Under the pieces are notes generated by a model, which saw only the letters and a program-made list of their open reading frames with translations, had not been told where the DNA came from and did not search any database. Below are positions 8,665-18,877 of a stretch of 64,000 nucleotides of DNA, piece by piece; position 1 is the first letter of the stretch, and each line of letters begins with the position of its first letter. Source of the DNA: Gammaproteobacteria bacterium (lineage in GTDB: Bacteria > Pseudomonadota > Gammaproteobacteria > UBA12402); NCBI GenBank assembly GCA_050123375.1, contig JASFHF010000004.1:5116-69115 (forward strand), written 5' to 3'. Position numbers and translations under genes: made by a program.

Positions 8665-10527
8665 ATGGAACTGGCAATTTTTTTGATTTTATTTCCCCTG
8701 ATCCCGGCTGTTTTATTATTGTTCACCAAAAATGATTTCCTCTTAAAGTGGGTCGTAATTCTCTCATCTGCCGTGATTGCTGCTGCCAGCATATGGTTTG
8801 CATTTAATAATATGCATGCTGGAGGTGAATATTCGAATTTTACTGCTGCCTGGGCTAATAATTTAATTATTTTAGGTGACATTGTAATAGCTTTGGTATT
8901 TCTATATGTGTGTCGCCGTTTACCATTCAAACGTTATTGGATACCATTAATGGTGGTGTTGCAATATGGTGCAGTTTTACTTTATGATTTTATGGGGAAA
9001 ATTCCAGAGACAGCCAAATATTTATATGTAGATAGCTTATCGGCAATTATGGCTTTGGTGATTGGTATTGTTGGTACGTTGATCGCTATTTATACAGTCG
9101 GCTATATGAAGCATTATCATAAAGAGCATCCGGAAGTGCCGGATCGTACCAGATTTTTTCTTGCCACGATTTTTATGTTTTTTTCTGCGATGTTCGGGAT
9201 AGTGTTTTCTAACAGTATTACCTGGATCTATCTATTTTGGGAAGTCACTACGCTTTGCTCATTTATTATGATCAGATATTCTTTAAAGCCGGAAGCAATT
9301 CATAATGCTTTTCGGGCTTTGTGGATGTTATTGCTTGGTGGATTAGCTTTTTCAATGGCGATTATTTATTTGGCTAATCAAGCCGGTACGATTGAATTAC
9401 AACAGCTTTTAACTATGCAGCAATCTTTGGTTTTATTACCGGTATTATTGATTTGCTTTGCTGGGATGAACAAAGCTGCGCTTTATCCATTTGGAAGTTG
9501 GTTATTGGGTGCGATGGTAGCGCCGACTCCATCATCAGCTTTGCTGCATTCAAGTACCATGGTTAAAGCTGGTGTTTACATCGTAATGAGATGCGCTCCG
9601 ATTCTTAAAGGTACAGTTGCTGGTGAGATTGTGGCTTTGATTGGCGGATTAAGTTTTGTTGCAGCTTCAGCGTTGGCAATTTCACAAAATGACGGTAAAA
9701 GAATTTTGGCTTATTCGACCATTGCTAATTTAGGTTTAATCGTTTTGTGTGCAGGTATTGGTACTAGTTTTGCTTTATGGGCTGGAGCATTATTAATTAT
9801 CTTCCACGCAGTGGCTAAAGCGCTTATGTTTCTATGTGTTGGTACAGTGGAGCATCAAATTGGCAGCCGTTTTGTCGAAGATATGCAAGGCTTAATTTCT
9901 AAGATGCCGTGGGTTACTTTGGCGATGTTGATTGGAATTAGCGGTATGTTTTTAGCGCCGTTTGGTATGTTGATTAGTAAATGGGCGGTGATTGAAGCAT
10001 TAGCTCATACGAACCCAATGTTTCCGCCGATTGTGATTTTTGGCGGTTCTCTGATGTTGTTTTTCTGGACGAAATGGATGGGTAAGTTAGTAACAGTAAC
10101 TTCTCCGCAGACTGGTTTTGAAAAAGGTATTGGTATTGAATGGGTTGCATTAGGCGGCTTGTCAATTTTAACTATAGCTGCTTGTGCCTGTTTTCCATTG
10201 ATTGGTAAATATTGGTTGATACCGCTTTATGGTTGGAATCCAATGATTCATCAGGGAATTGAAGTTACAGTTGGGATAATGTTGGCTTTAATGATTATTC
10301 CACCGGTAACTTTCTTAATTCGTTGGAAAAACTTAGTGCATGTGAAACCATATCTTGCTGGAATCAATGTTGATGATCCAGGTAAATTTATGGGTTCTTT
10401 AGGTGCGCCAAGAGAGTGGTCGTTTAGAAATTATTATATTAATAAATTTTTTAGTGAAGCAGTATTAATGAAGGGCACAATGTTTGCTTCAATTATCTTA
10501 TTTATCTTTATGTTTTTTGTGAGGTGA
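8665..10527 (+). CDS. Ech/Hyf-type hydrogenase membrane subunit (NuoL/MnhA antiporter-like; EchA/HyfB-like)
   Basis: 620-aa polytopic membrane protein with NuoL-like conserved segments; first gene of a six-gene group 4 hydrogenase operon; 4-nt overlap with the next gene. Confidence 0.75.
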   Translation: MELAIFLILFPLIPAVLLLFTKNDFLLKWVVILSSAVIAAASIWFAFNNMHAGGEYSNFTAAWANNLIILGDIVIALVFLYVCRRLPFKRYWIPLMVVLQYGAVLLYDFMGKIPETAKYLYVDSLSAIMALVIGIVGTLIAIYTVGYMKHYHKEHPEVPDRTRFFLATIFMFFSAMFGIVFSNSITWIYLFWEVTTLCSFIMIRYSLKPEAIHNAFRALWMLLLGGLAFSMAIIYLANQAGTIELQQLLTMQQSLVLLPVLLICFAGMNKAALYPFGSWLLGAMVAPTPSSALLHSSTMVKAGVYIVMRCAPILKGTVAGEIVALIGGLSFVAASALAISQNDGKRILAYSTIANLGLIVLCAGIGTSFALWAGALLIIFHAVAKALMFLCVGTVEHQIGSRFVEDMQGLISKMPWVTLAMLIGISGMFLAPFGMLISKWAVIEALAHTNPMFPPIVIFGGSLMLFFWTKWMGKLVTVTSPQTGFEKGIGIEWVALGGLSILTIAACACFPLIGKYWLIPLYGWNPMIHQGIEVTVGIMLALMIIPPVTFLIRWKNLVHVKPYLAGINVDDPGKFMGSLGAPREWSFRNYYINKFFSEAVLMKGTMFASIILFIFMFFVR

Positions 10528-11381
10528 TTATGAATTGGATAATTTGGTGTGTTTTATCAATTATTTTAACACCGGTAATCATCGGATTAATTAGCGGCGT
10601 AGATAGAATTTTGACTGCTAAAGTGCAAAGCAGAGTCGGTCCGCCAGTGTTGCAGCCTTTTTATGATGTGTTTAAATTGTTTGGCAAACAAAATCTTGTA
10701 GTTAATCGTTTCCATGGTGATTTTGTGCTGAGTTCTTTAGTGTTTACTGTAGCGAGTGTAGCATTATTTTTTGCAGGACAGAATTTGCTGATTATCATTT
10801 TTGCTTTAATTGTTGGTAATGTATTTTTAGTGCTTGCAGCGTATTGCTGTAATTCACCGTATAGTTTAATCGGTGCGGAAAGAGAATTGTTGCAAATGTT
10901 AGCGGCTGAACCGATGATTTTATTAGCAGCGGTTGGTCTTTATATGGTAACTAATAGTTTTGGTGTATCTGATATAGCTACTACTAGTGTATGTCCAATT
11001 GTTTATTTGCCGGGCGTTTTTATTGCGTTAACTTATGTATTTACCATAAAACTAAGAAAATCTCCGTTTGATCTTTCAACTTCACATCATGCGCATCAGG
11101 AATTAGTTAAAGGTTTGTCGACGGAGTTTGCTGGTCCGTCGTTAGCGTGGTTTGAAGTAATTCATTGGTATGAAACCATGTTGCTAATGGCAATTATGTA
11201 TTTGTTTTTTGCTAATATACCGTGGCTTGGTGTATTAGTGGTTTTGGCAGTTTATTTCATAGAAATATTGATTGATAACATTAATGCACGTATTAAGTGG
11301 GAGTTAATGTTGGCTTCTGCCTGGGTAGTTACTTTATTGCTTGGGGTTGGTAATTTAATGGTGTTGTACGCCATCCAATAA
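10524..11381 (+). CDS. Ech/Hyc membrane subunit (NuoH-like; EchB/HycD-like)
   Basis: 285-aa, 8-TM-like NuoH-family pattern; operon context. Confidence 0.75.
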   Translation: MIMNWIIWCVLSIILTPVIIGLISGVDRILTAKVQSRVGPPVLQPFYDVFKLFGKQNLVVNRFHGDFVLSSLVFTVASVALFFAGQNLLIIIFALIVGNVFLVLAAYCCNSPYSLIGAERELLQMLAAEPMILLAAVGLYMVTNSFGVSDIATTSVCPIVYLPGVFIALTYVFTIKLRKSPFDLSTSHHAHQELVKGLSTEFAGPSLAWFEVIHWYETMLLMAIMYLFFANIPWLGVLVVLAVYFIEILIDNINARIKWELMLASAWVVTLLLGVGNLMVLYAIQ

Positions 11382-11398
11382 TTTAAAGAGGAAGATAC

Positions 11399-11839
11399 AT
11401 GGCAGCAATTAAAAAATCTCCGTGGATTGTACATTACGATGGTTCAAGTTGTAATGGTTGCGATATTGAGGTGCTAGCTTGTTTGACGCCGCGTTTCGAT
11501 GTGGAGCGTTTTGGGATTATTAATGTTGGTAATCCTAAACATGCTGATATTTTGTTGATAACAGGTGCAGTTAATACCCAAAACCAGGAAGTTGTAAAAA
11601 ATTTATATGAACAAATGGGTGAGCCTAAAGTAGTAGTAGCCGTAGGCGCTTGTGCTTGCAGCGGACATTTTTTTGCTGAATGTTATAATACTTTAGGCGG
11701 AGTTGATAAAGTTATTCCAGTGGATGTATATGTTCCTGGTTGTGCAGCGCGTCCTGAAGCGATTATAGACGGAGTGGTGAAAGGTTTGGGTGTGTTGGAA
11801 GAGAAGCAAAAAAAACTTAAACAAAGCAAAAAGGCATAA
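11399..11839 (+). CDS. [NiFe] hydrogenase group 4 small subunit (NuoB-like; EchC)
   Basis: CNGCDIE...GACACSG...PGCAARP cysteine motifs ligating the proximal 4Fe-4S cluster; 146 aa. Confidence 0.85.
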   Translation: MAAIKKSPWIVHYDGSSCNGCDIEVLACLTPRFDVERFGIINVGNPKHADILLITGAVNTQNQEVVKNLYEQMGEPKVVVAVGACACSGHFFAECYNTLGGVDKVIPVDVYVPGCAARPEAIIDGVVKGLGVLEEKQKKLKQSKKA

Positions 11840-11862
11840 AGATTAGTAGGGGGCTTGAAAAT

Positions 11863-12234
11863 ATGGCTTATGAAGAACAGGAAATTGTAACTATTGGTAA
11901 AGATGATTTGCTGGGAAAAGTGCAAGCTTTGATGGATGATGGTTGTCGTCTAGTGCAGATTGGCTGCACTAAATTAGCAGATCATTTTCAGATTGATTAT
12001 AGTTTTGATAAATATTATGAGTTTCATAATTTGCGGGTTGAACTGCCGTTGACTAATCCGGAATTACCAAGTATTTCGGCAATTTGTTTACCGGCATTTT
12101 TATATGAAAATGAAATTCATGACCTTTTTGGAATTAATATCACAGGCATTAGTATTGATTTTAAGGGCAAGTTTTATCGTTTAGAAAAAGACGCTCCGTT
12201 TAGTTCCGTTGATGAGCAAGGAGATGTTAAATAA
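11863..12234 (+). CDS. NuoC-like subunit of Ech hydrogenase (EchD)
   Basis: 123 aa, located between the small and large subunits as in echABCDEF. Confidence 0.65.
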   Translation: MAYEEQEIVTIGKDDLLGKVQALMDDGCRLVQIGCTKLADHFQIDYSFDKYYEFHNLRVELPLTNPELPSISAICLPAFLYENEIHDLFGINITGISIDFKGKFYRLEKDAPFSSVDEQGDVK

Positions 12235-12278
12235 ATAAAATTTATGAGCTAGCTTATAAAAATGAGGAAAGTTAAGAT

Positions 12279-13358
12279 ATGGCAAAACAAACAGTTATTC
12301 CTTTTGGTCCACAACATCCAGTATTGCCGGAACCAATTCATCTTGATCTAGTGTTGGAAGATGAAACTGTAGTAGAGGCTATTCCAAATATTGGATTTAT
12401 TCATCGTGGTCTTGAGTTATTATGTAAAAAGAAGCCGTTTCAGGATATGGTTTTTGTGGCGGAACGTATTTGCGGTATTTGTAGTTTTATTCATGGTGTT
12501 GGTTTTTCTCAAGGTGTGGAAAAAATTATGAATCTTGAGGTTCCAAAACGAGCAGAATTGTTGCGTGTGTTTTGGGGGGAATTATCCAGAATACATAGTC
12601 ATTTATTATGGCTTGGTCTTGCTGCAGATGCTATTGGTTTTGAAAGTTTATTTATGCATGTGTGGCGGGTGCGTGAGAGAATTTTAAAGATTTTTGAAGA
12701 AACTACTGGCGGCAGAGTGATTTTTGGTGCGTGTCAAGTTGGAGGAACGCGTAAAGATATTAGTAATGATGTTTTGCAACGAATCAATAAAGAGTTGGAT
12801 GATATTGAAGCTGATTATAAAAATTTAGCTGATGTATTTGCGACGGATTATACCATTCGTCATCGTTGGTCAGATATTGGGCCGCTATCCCTAGAAGATG
12901 CGCATAAATTAGGAGCGGTTGGTCCTACTGTTCGTGGTAGCGGAGTTGCGCAAGATGTACGTATGCTGCGTTATGGCGGATATGCAGATGTTGATTTTGA
13001 ACCAGTAATTGAAACAGCTTGTGATTGTTATGCGCGTACTATGGTGCGTGTGCGTGAAGTTTTCCAATCTTTTGATTTAATGCGGCAGGCAATTAGCAAA
13101 ATGCCTGATGGTGAAGTTGCGGTTAAAGTTAAAGGTTTTCCGGAAGGTGAGTTTTTCTCTAGGGTTGAACAGCCGCGGGGAGAAGTAGTTTATTATATTA
13201 GAGGTGACGGAACTCAATTTTTGGATCGATTTAGAATTAGAACACCGACGTTTGCTAATATTCATCCATTATTAGCAATGTTAGGAGGGTGCGCGCTTGC
13301 TGATGCACCAGCTATTATTTTGTCAATTGATCCTTGTATTAGTTGTACGGAGAGATAA
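12279..13358 (+). CDS. [NiFe] hydrogenase group 4 large subunit (NuoD-like; EchE)
   Basis: N-terminal RICGICSFIHG and C-terminal DPCISCTER, the two CxxC NiFe-ligating motifs; 359 aa. Confidence 0.85.
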   Translation: MAKQTVIPFGPQHPVLPEPIHLDLVLEDETVVEAIPNIGFIHRGLELLCKKKPFQDMVFVAERICGICSFIHGVGFSQGVEKIMNLEVPKRAELLRVFWGELSRIHSHLLWLGLAADAIGFESLFMHVWRVRERILKIFEETTGGRVIFGACQVGGTRKDISNDVLQRINKELDDIEADYKNLADVFATDYTIRHRWSDIGPLSLEDAHKLGAVGPTVRGSGVAQDVRMLRYGGYADVDFEPVIETACDCYARTMVRVREVFQSFDLMRQAISKMPDGEVAVKVKGFPEGEFFSRVEQPRGEVVYYIRGDGTQFLDRFRIRTPTFANIHPLLAMLGGCALADAPAIILSIDPCISCTER

Positions 13359-13735
13359 TTGTTATGTCAGATATACTTACAATGTTTTGGACAATAATAA
13401 AAAATTTATTCAAAAAGTCAGCGTGTGATATGTACCCAGTAAAAAAACCTGAGCTTTATGAACAATCCAAAGGATGTATAGGAATTAATGCTCCTGATTG
13501 CATATTATGTTCGTTGTGTGCTAAAAAATGTCCTACGCATGCACTTACAGTGGATCGGGAAGCGCGTACTTGGGCGATTGACCGTGGTAAATGCATCTTA
13601 TGTAATCGTTGTGTCGAAGTTTGCCCAAAAAAATGTTTGATGATGGGGCAACAATATGCTGGGCCAGTGGTAGAACAAAAACCTGAGGTTGTAAATATTC
13701 CTGAACAGGTGAAAGCCACAGAAAAATCTGAATAA
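13343..13735 (+). CDS. 2x[4Fe-4S] ferredoxin subunit (NuoI-like; EchF)
   Basis: CILCSLCAKKCP and CILCNRCVEVCP motifs; 130 aa. Confidence 0.8.
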   Translation: MYGEIIVMSDILTMFWTIIKNLFKKSACDMYPVKKPELYEQSKGCIGINAPDCILCSLCAKKCPTHALTVDREARTWAIDRGKCILCNRCVEVCPKKCLMMGQQYAGPVVEQKPEVVNIPEQVKATEKSE

Positions 13736-13757
13736 ATCCGGTGGGTGAGCGCCTCAT

Positions 13758-14108
13758 ATGCATGAATTTAGTATAATGCAGGGTGTCTTCAAGCTACTTG
13801 AAGACATTGCTGTAAAAAATAATTTGATAAAAATAAACAAGGTTATACTAAGGATTGGTAAATTGCGGCAAGTTTTTCCCGATTTTTTGCGGTTTGCTTT
13901 TGAGAATATATCAAAAGACACAATTGCGGATGGCGCGGAATTAATTATTGAAGAAATACCGATAACCATGCGTTGTAAGTCTTGTAATCAAGAATTTACC
14001 GTAGAGCATCACACTTATGTTTGTCCTGTGTGTGGTGCAGTAAAATTAGAATTATTAACTGGTAAGGAAGTATTAATCGCCAGTGTTGAGGGAGAAGATG
14101 GTGGGTAA
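13758..14108 (+). CDS. hypA: hydrogenase nickel incorporation protein HypA
   Basis: N-terminal MHEFSI, C-terminal Zn site CKSCNQEF...CPVCG; 116 aa. Confidence 0.85.
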   Translation: MHEFSIMQGVFKLLEDIAVKNNLIKINKVILRIGKLRQVFPDFLRFAFENISKDTIADGAELIIEEIPITMRCKSCNQEFTVEHHTYVCPVCGAVKLELLTGKEVLIASVEGEDGG

Positions 14109-14180
14109 GGGGGTCGCATCTTCACTCATTACATATGCGTTGTATGTTGCATCATGTAATGAGTGAAGATGCGACCCCCT
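14109..14180. repeat. Intergenic hairpin (REP/MITE-like) element, family member
   Basis: GGGGGTCGCATCTTCACTCATTACAT...ATGTAATGAGTGAAGATGCGACCCCCT imperfect palindrome; its stem is identical to the copy at 56217-56274. Confidence 0.7.
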
Positions 14181-14197
14181 GAAGACGGAAATTTATT

Positions 14198-14854
14198 ATG
14201 TCAATAAAAATAATGCAAAACGTTCTAGAAGCTAACGACAGCAAAGCTGCAGAGTTGCGTGATTTGTTACGCGCAAAAAAGATTGTCATGTTAAATCTAA
14301 TTAGTTCACCAGGTTCAGGTAAAACTACCTTGTTGGAGAAGACCGTTCCTTTACTTAAGGATAAATATAAAGTTGCGATTATCGAAGGGGATGTGGAAAC
14401 CGATCGTGATATGCAAAGACTTGCACAATTTGAAGTGCCAATTGCTTTGATTAATACCAGCGGGGCTTGTCATTTAGAATCAGTTAGCATTGAAAAAGCG
14501 TTTACCTCACTTGATTTAGACAATTTAGACTTGATTATAGTTGAAAATGTGGGGAATTTGGTGTGTCCGGCTGAGTTTGATATCGGTGAGGATGCTAAGG
14601 TGGCTTTGGTTAGCGTGCCAGAAGGCGATGATAAAGTAATCAAGTACCCTCTACTATTTAGAGAAGCAGAGCTTGCTATTTTAAATAAAATTGACTTATT
14701 GGATTATTCAGGTTTTAATGTGGAGTCTTTTTATACTGATTTACGACAAGTGAATGCTAATCTTGAAGTGATTGAAATGTCTTGTAAGCAGGATGTTGGT
14801 GTGGGTAAATGGATTGGTTGGTTGGAACAACGAATTTTGGCTAAAAAACGGTAA
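14198..14854 (+). CDS. hypB: hydrogenase maturation GTPase HypB
   Basis: P-loop GSGKTTLL, C-terminal CPAEFD/NKIDL GTPase motifs; 218 aa. Confidence 0.85.
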   Translation: MSIKIMQNVLEANDSKAAELRDLLRAKKIVMLNLISSPGSGKTTLLEKTVPLLKDKYKVAIIEGDVETDRDMQRLAQFEVPIALINTSGACHLESVSIEKAFTSLDLDNLDLIIVENVGNLVCPAEFDIGEDAKVALVSVPEGDDKVIKYPLLFREAELAILNKIDLLDYSGFNVESFYTDLRQVNANLEVIEMSCKQDVGVGKWIGWLEQRILAKKR

Positions 14855-14870
14855 TGAAAGGAAATAAAAA

Positions 14871-15893
14871 ATGAGTAAATTATTGAAAATGTCAAAGGCT
14901 GATATGCTGAAGTCTATTGATAAAGCAGTATTGCATTATAAAGTAGCTGCTTTAACTAAAAAAAGCGGTCAGCCTAGGTATGATTATGTATCTAATGGTG
15001 GAGAAGTGATGTTAAATTATATGCCGACAGTACTTTCTCCAAAGAAGTTTTTCTTTCCGCAGGATGAGGTTATTTTAGAATATACTGCTGATGGCAAAGT
15101 AGATCCAAAAATATCAGCAGAACCATTATTATTATTTGGAATAAGGCCATGTGATTTAAATGCAATTAAAATTTTGGATGAGGCATTTGCGGAAAGTAAT
15201 GGTGATCCTAATTATTTAGCTAAACGTGAAAAGTCGGTCATTGTTGGTATTGATTGTAAAAAAATATGTGATGAAAATGCCTTTTGTTACAAAGTTAAGG
15301 CGAATTATGCAGCTGGCGGATTTGATATAATGCTGTATGAATATGGCAGTGATTATTTAGTTGAATCAATGACTGATAAAGGCGAAAGGTTTTGTAAAAA
15401 ATATCTGGCTGCTGCAAAAACTGACGGACAAGATAAAACAAAATACGATGAGGAAAAAACACAAGGTTTTGCTGGAACGGAAACATTTAAAAATTTGGAT
15501 AGATTACCAGAAATTTTTGATGATAATAAAGATCATGCGGTTTGGAAGGAAGAAGGAAAAAAATGTCTAAGCTGTGGTTCTTGTATTATGGTATGTCCAA
15601 CTTGTTATTGTTTTGATGTTGCTGATGAGTTGGCATTAAGTCTAAAACAAGGCGAAAGAATTCGTCGTTGGGATGCATGTATGTTAAGTTCATTTGCAGT
15701 TGTAGCTGGAGGAGAAAGTTTTCGCTCTGAGGCAGAGCAACGTTTGCATCATCGGCTTGACCGCAAATTTAATTTCTTAATGAAAAAACATAATCAGTCG
15801 GTTTGTGTTGGTTGTGGACGATGTGTGCGTGCATGTCTTGCAGATATTAGTCCGAAAAAAGTTGTAGAAAAAATTGTTGGTGAAGGAGAATAG
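14871..15893 (+). CDS. cytoplasmic (group 3b-like) hydrogenase beta subunit, 4Fe-4S protein (HydB-like)
   Basis: CLSCGSCIMVCPTCYC and CVGCGRCVRAC cluster motifs; first of four genes in hydBGDA order. Confidence 0.6.
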   Translation: MSKLLKMSKADMLKSIDKAVLHYKVAALTKKSGQPRYDYVSNGGEVMLNYMPTVLSPKKFFFPQDEVILEYTADGKVDPKISAEPLLLFGIRPCDLNAIKILDEAFAESNGDPNYLAKREKSVIVGIDCKKICDENAFCYKVKANYAAGGFDIMLYEYGSDYLVESMTDKGERFCKKYLAAAKTDGQDKTKYDEEKTQGFAGTETFKNLDRLPEIFDDNKDHAVWKEEGKKCLSCGSCIMVCPTCYCFDVADELALSLKQGERIRRWDACMLSSFAVVAGGESFRSEAEQRLHHRLDRKFNFLMKKHNQSVCVGCGRCVRACLADISPKKVVEKIVGEGE

Positions 15894-16757
15894 TTGATGA
15901 ACATGAAATTAAATTTACAAAAACCAAATGAAAAATTATACGTTCCTGAGCCTGCGAAAATAGTTGAGCTTAAGGATTTTACTGCCCACGATAAATATTT
16001 TAAATTGGAATTATTGAGTGGCAAACCTTTAGGTAATGTTTCCGGACAGTTTGTACAAGTATCAGTGCTTGGGGTTGGTGAGGCACCGATTTCTATTTCT
16101 TCGCCTCCGCGTGATGATAATATTTTTGAATTATGTCTTAGAGCTGTTGGTGATGTGACCAACAAATTACATAGTTTAAAAGTTGGTGATATCGTTCATA
16201 TTAGAGGTCCTTTTGGTCATGGTTTTGATGATGCAATTCAGCAAAGAATGCAAGGCAAGCATCTGATGATTATAGCTGGAGGAATTGGTTATGCTCCGCT
16301 GCGTTCTTTAATTAACAAAGTAATTTCAGAAAAAGAAAAATATAAAAAGATTTCTGTTTTGTTTGGTTGTAAATCGCCAAGCGAAAGATTGTATGTTGAT
16401 GAATTAGAGGAAATTTCCAGGATTGGTGGCAATGTAGAGTTATTGGAAACGGTTGATGTGGCTTCCGAAAATTGGAAAGGAAACGTTGGTGTTATTACTA
16501 CACTTATTCCAAAAGTAGAATGTGATCCGGCTAATACGATTGCTGCGATGGTTGGTCCGCCGATTATGTTTAAGTTTGTGATAAAAGCATTGAAGGATAT
16601 AAGTGTTCCTGATGAAAATATTTATATGTCACTTGAGCGTAGAATGAAATGTGGTGTTGGCAAGTGCGGTCATTGCCAAATTGGAGGCGTATATGCTTGT
16701 CAAGAAGGACCGGTATTTAATTATGCTGATGTCCTAAATAATGAGGAGGTGTTTTAA
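15894..16757 (+). CDS. hydrogenase gamma subunit, FAD/NAD(P)-binding oxidoreductase with C-terminal 2Fe-2S (HydG/PyrK-like)
   Basis: FNR-like fold motifs (GxGxAP: AGGIGYAPL) and C-terminal CGVGKCGHCQ...C; 287 aa. Confidence 0.65.
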   Translation: MMNMKLNLQKPNEKLYVPEPAKIVELKDFTAHDKYFKLELLSGKPLGNVSGQFVQVSVLGVGEAPISISSPPRDDNIFELCLRAVGDVTNKLHSLKVGDIVHIRGPFGHGFDDAIQQRMQGKHLMIIAGGIGYAPLRSLINKVISEKEKYKKISVLFGCKSPSERLYVDELEEISRIGGNVELLETVDVASENWKGNVGVITTLIPKVECDPANTIAAMVGPPIMFKFVIKALKDISVPDENIYMSLERRMKCGVGKCGHCQIGGVYACQEGPVFNYADVLNNEEVF

Positions 16758-17518
16758 TGGCTAAACCAAGAGTTGCATTTTTTGATTTTGCATGTTGTGA
16801 AGGTTGTCAGTTGTGTGCGCTTGATTTAACACCAGAGCAATTGTTGGATTTATTAAACGTGGTTGATATTGTTGAATTTCGTGAAGCAATCAGTGAAAAA
16901 GCGGGTGATGCTGGTTATGATATTGCAATTGTTGAAGGTTCGATTACGCGTGACAGTGATATTCCAAGATTGAAGAAAATTCGTGAAACCGCCAAAATTC
17001 TTATCACTTTAGGTTCTTGTTCAACGATTGCTGGTATTAATGCGTTGAAAAACTTTCAGACTAAAGAAGAATATCAAAAAGAAGTGTATCCGGATGATCC
17101 AGCTAAATACGAAACTACTACCGCAAAAGCTGTGCATGAAATTGTACAGGTGGATGCATTTATTCCAGGTTGTCCAATTGATACCGGCGAATTTGTACGT
17201 GTAGTAAAAAATTTAGTTTTAGGTAAAGATCCTGCAATTCCTACTTACCCAGTTTGTGTTGAATGTAAGAAAAATGAAAATGTTTGTGTGTATGAAAAAG
17301 GCATTCAGTGTTTAGGCCCAATAATTCGTGCTGGATGCGGTGCGCGTTGTCCAAGTAATGGCGGATATTGTTTTGGCTGCCGCGGTATTATTCCTGAGCC
17401 AAACTTAAATTCACAGCAGGATATTATGCAAAAATATAATCTTACTTTTGAACAGATGAAAGATAAATTTAAATTATTCCTCGAAAGAAATAAGGAGGTA
17501 TTTCCTAATGACAAATAA
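16757..17518 (+). CDS. [NiFe] hydrogenase group 3 small (delta) subunit
   Basis: N-terminal FFDFACCEGCQL cysteine motif and additional Cys clusters (GCPIDTGE, CVECKK..., CFGCRG); 253 aa. Confidence 0.7.
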   Translation: MAKPRVAFFDFACCEGCQLCALDLTPEQLLDLLNVVDIVEFREAISEKAGDAGYDIAIVEGSITRDSDIPRLKKIRETAKILITLGSCSTIAGINALKNFQTKEEYQKEVYPDDPAKYETTTAKAVHEIVQVDAFIPGCPIDTGEFVRVVKNLVLGKDPAIPTYPVCVECKKNENVCVYEKGIQCLGPIIRAGCGARCPSNGGYCFGCRGIIPEPNLNSQQDIMQKYNLTFEQMKDKFKLFLERNKEVFPNDK

Positions 17519-18809
17519 AAATGTAAATGTCAATGTGCATCATATTACGCGGGTTGAAGGTCATGGTAATATTAAGGTTGATGTGCAAAATGGCGAACTA
17601 AAAGAATGTAAACTTGAGATTGTGGAAGCTCCGCGTTTTTTTGAGGCGATGTTAAAAGACCGTCATTACAGTGAAGCAGCATTGATTACCAGTAGAATTT
17701 GCGGAATTTGTTCTGCTGGACATCAATTAGCATCACTTACAGCATCAGAAGATGCTTTTGGTATTTCAATTTCCGAGCAGGAAAAGTGTTTACGCCGCTT
17801 GCTGAATGTTGGAGAATTCTTTGAGAGTCATGTGCTGCATATTTATTTTCTTGCAGTTCCGGATTTTGTTGGCGCAAAATCAGTATTGCCATTAGTTAAT
17901 ACACATAAAGATGTTGTGGTGCGAGCATTGCAGCTTAAAAAACTTGGTCATCATGTTGGTAATTTAATCGCAGGTCGGTTAATTCATTCCATGGCGACTA
18001 ATGTTAAGGCAATGACTAAGATTCCAACTGATGCGATTTTGGAAGAAATTATTGATAGTTTAAAAGAAGCTAAAAAACAGCTTAAAGAAGACATCAAAAC
18101 TTTACAAACCTTAAAGGTTCCTGCGTTTGAAAGAGAAACGGAATATATTTCGTTGTACAAACCAGGTGATTATGCTTTCTTATGGGGTAATATTTATTCT
18201 AGCGATACTGGTGAAACTTCATATAAAAATTATTTAGAAATGACTAATGAGTATTTAGTTGATCATTCAACCGCAAAACGTACCAAACATCAGCGTGATT
18301 CATTTATGGTTGGAGCGTTGGCACGGTTTAATAATAGTCATGAGTGGTTATCAAATGACGCTAAACAAGCGGCTGCTGATTTAGGTTTAAAAGCTCCTTG
18401 TTATAATTCATATATGATTACGGTAGCGCAATTTGTAGAATTATTCCATATTGCTGATGATGGCATCAAAGCAGCCGAAGAATTACTTAATATGCAGCGT
18501 AAACTTGAAGATCGATCATTCCCGGTTAAAGCTTGTACCGGAGTTGGCGCTGTCGAAGTGCCGCGTGGTATTTTGTATCACGAATACACTTATGATGATA
18601 AAGGTTATATGCAAAAAGCCAACTGTATTATTCCAACCGGACAAAACTTAAATAACATTGAAGATGATTTTCGCGCATTGATTCCAACGATTTTGGATAA
18701 ATCGCAGGAAGAAATCACTTTGTTGTTGGAAATGATGGTGCGTGCGTATGACCCATGTATTTCATGTTCTGCGCATATTCTTGATGTGGAATTTGTGAAC
18801 GGTGAGTAG
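17508..18809 (+). CDS. [NiFe] hydrogenase group 3 large (alpha) subunit
   Basis: RICGICSAGHQ near the N-terminus and DPCISCSAHILD near the C-terminus; 433 aa, with the His-containing C-terminal extension cleaved by the protease. Confidence 0.8.
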   Translation: MTNKNVNVNVHHITRVEGHGNIKVDVQNGELKECKLEIVEAPRFFEAMLKDRHYSEAALITSRICGICSAGHQLASLTASEDAFGISISEQEKCLRRLLNVGEFFESHVLHIYFLAVPDFVGAKSVLPLVNTHKDVVVRALQLKKLGHHVGNLIAGRLIHSMATNVKAMTKIPTDAILEEIIDSLKEAKKQLKEDIKTLQTLKVPAFERETEYISLYKPGDYAFLWGNIYSSDTGETSYKNYLEMTNEYLVDHSTAKRTKHQRDSFMVGALARFNNSHEWLSNDAKQAAADLGLKAPCYNSYMITVAQFVELFHIADDGIKAAEELLNMQRKLEDRSFPVKACTGVGAVEVPRGILYHEYTYDDKGYMQKANCIIPTGQNLNNIEDDFRALIPTILDKSQEEITLLLEMMVRAYDPCISCSAHILDVEFVNGE

Positions 18810-18877
18810 CAATGCTGTCATCCCGCGACCTAGTTAGTTGATCGCGGGATCCAGTAATATGCAAGTTATCGAGATCT

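Noticed and set aside
8646-8930. 94-aa minus-strand ORF overlapping the start of the Ech membrane subunit gene
   Set aside because: Antisense to a well-supported membrane-subunit gene and without an RBS.
18815-18857. Hairpin ATCCCGCGAC...ATCGCGGGAT after the hydrogenase large subunit gene as a rho-independent terminator
   Set aside because: No downstream T-run, and the maturation protease gene follows immediately and is probably co-transcribed; kept only as a possible RNA-processing or attenuator structure.
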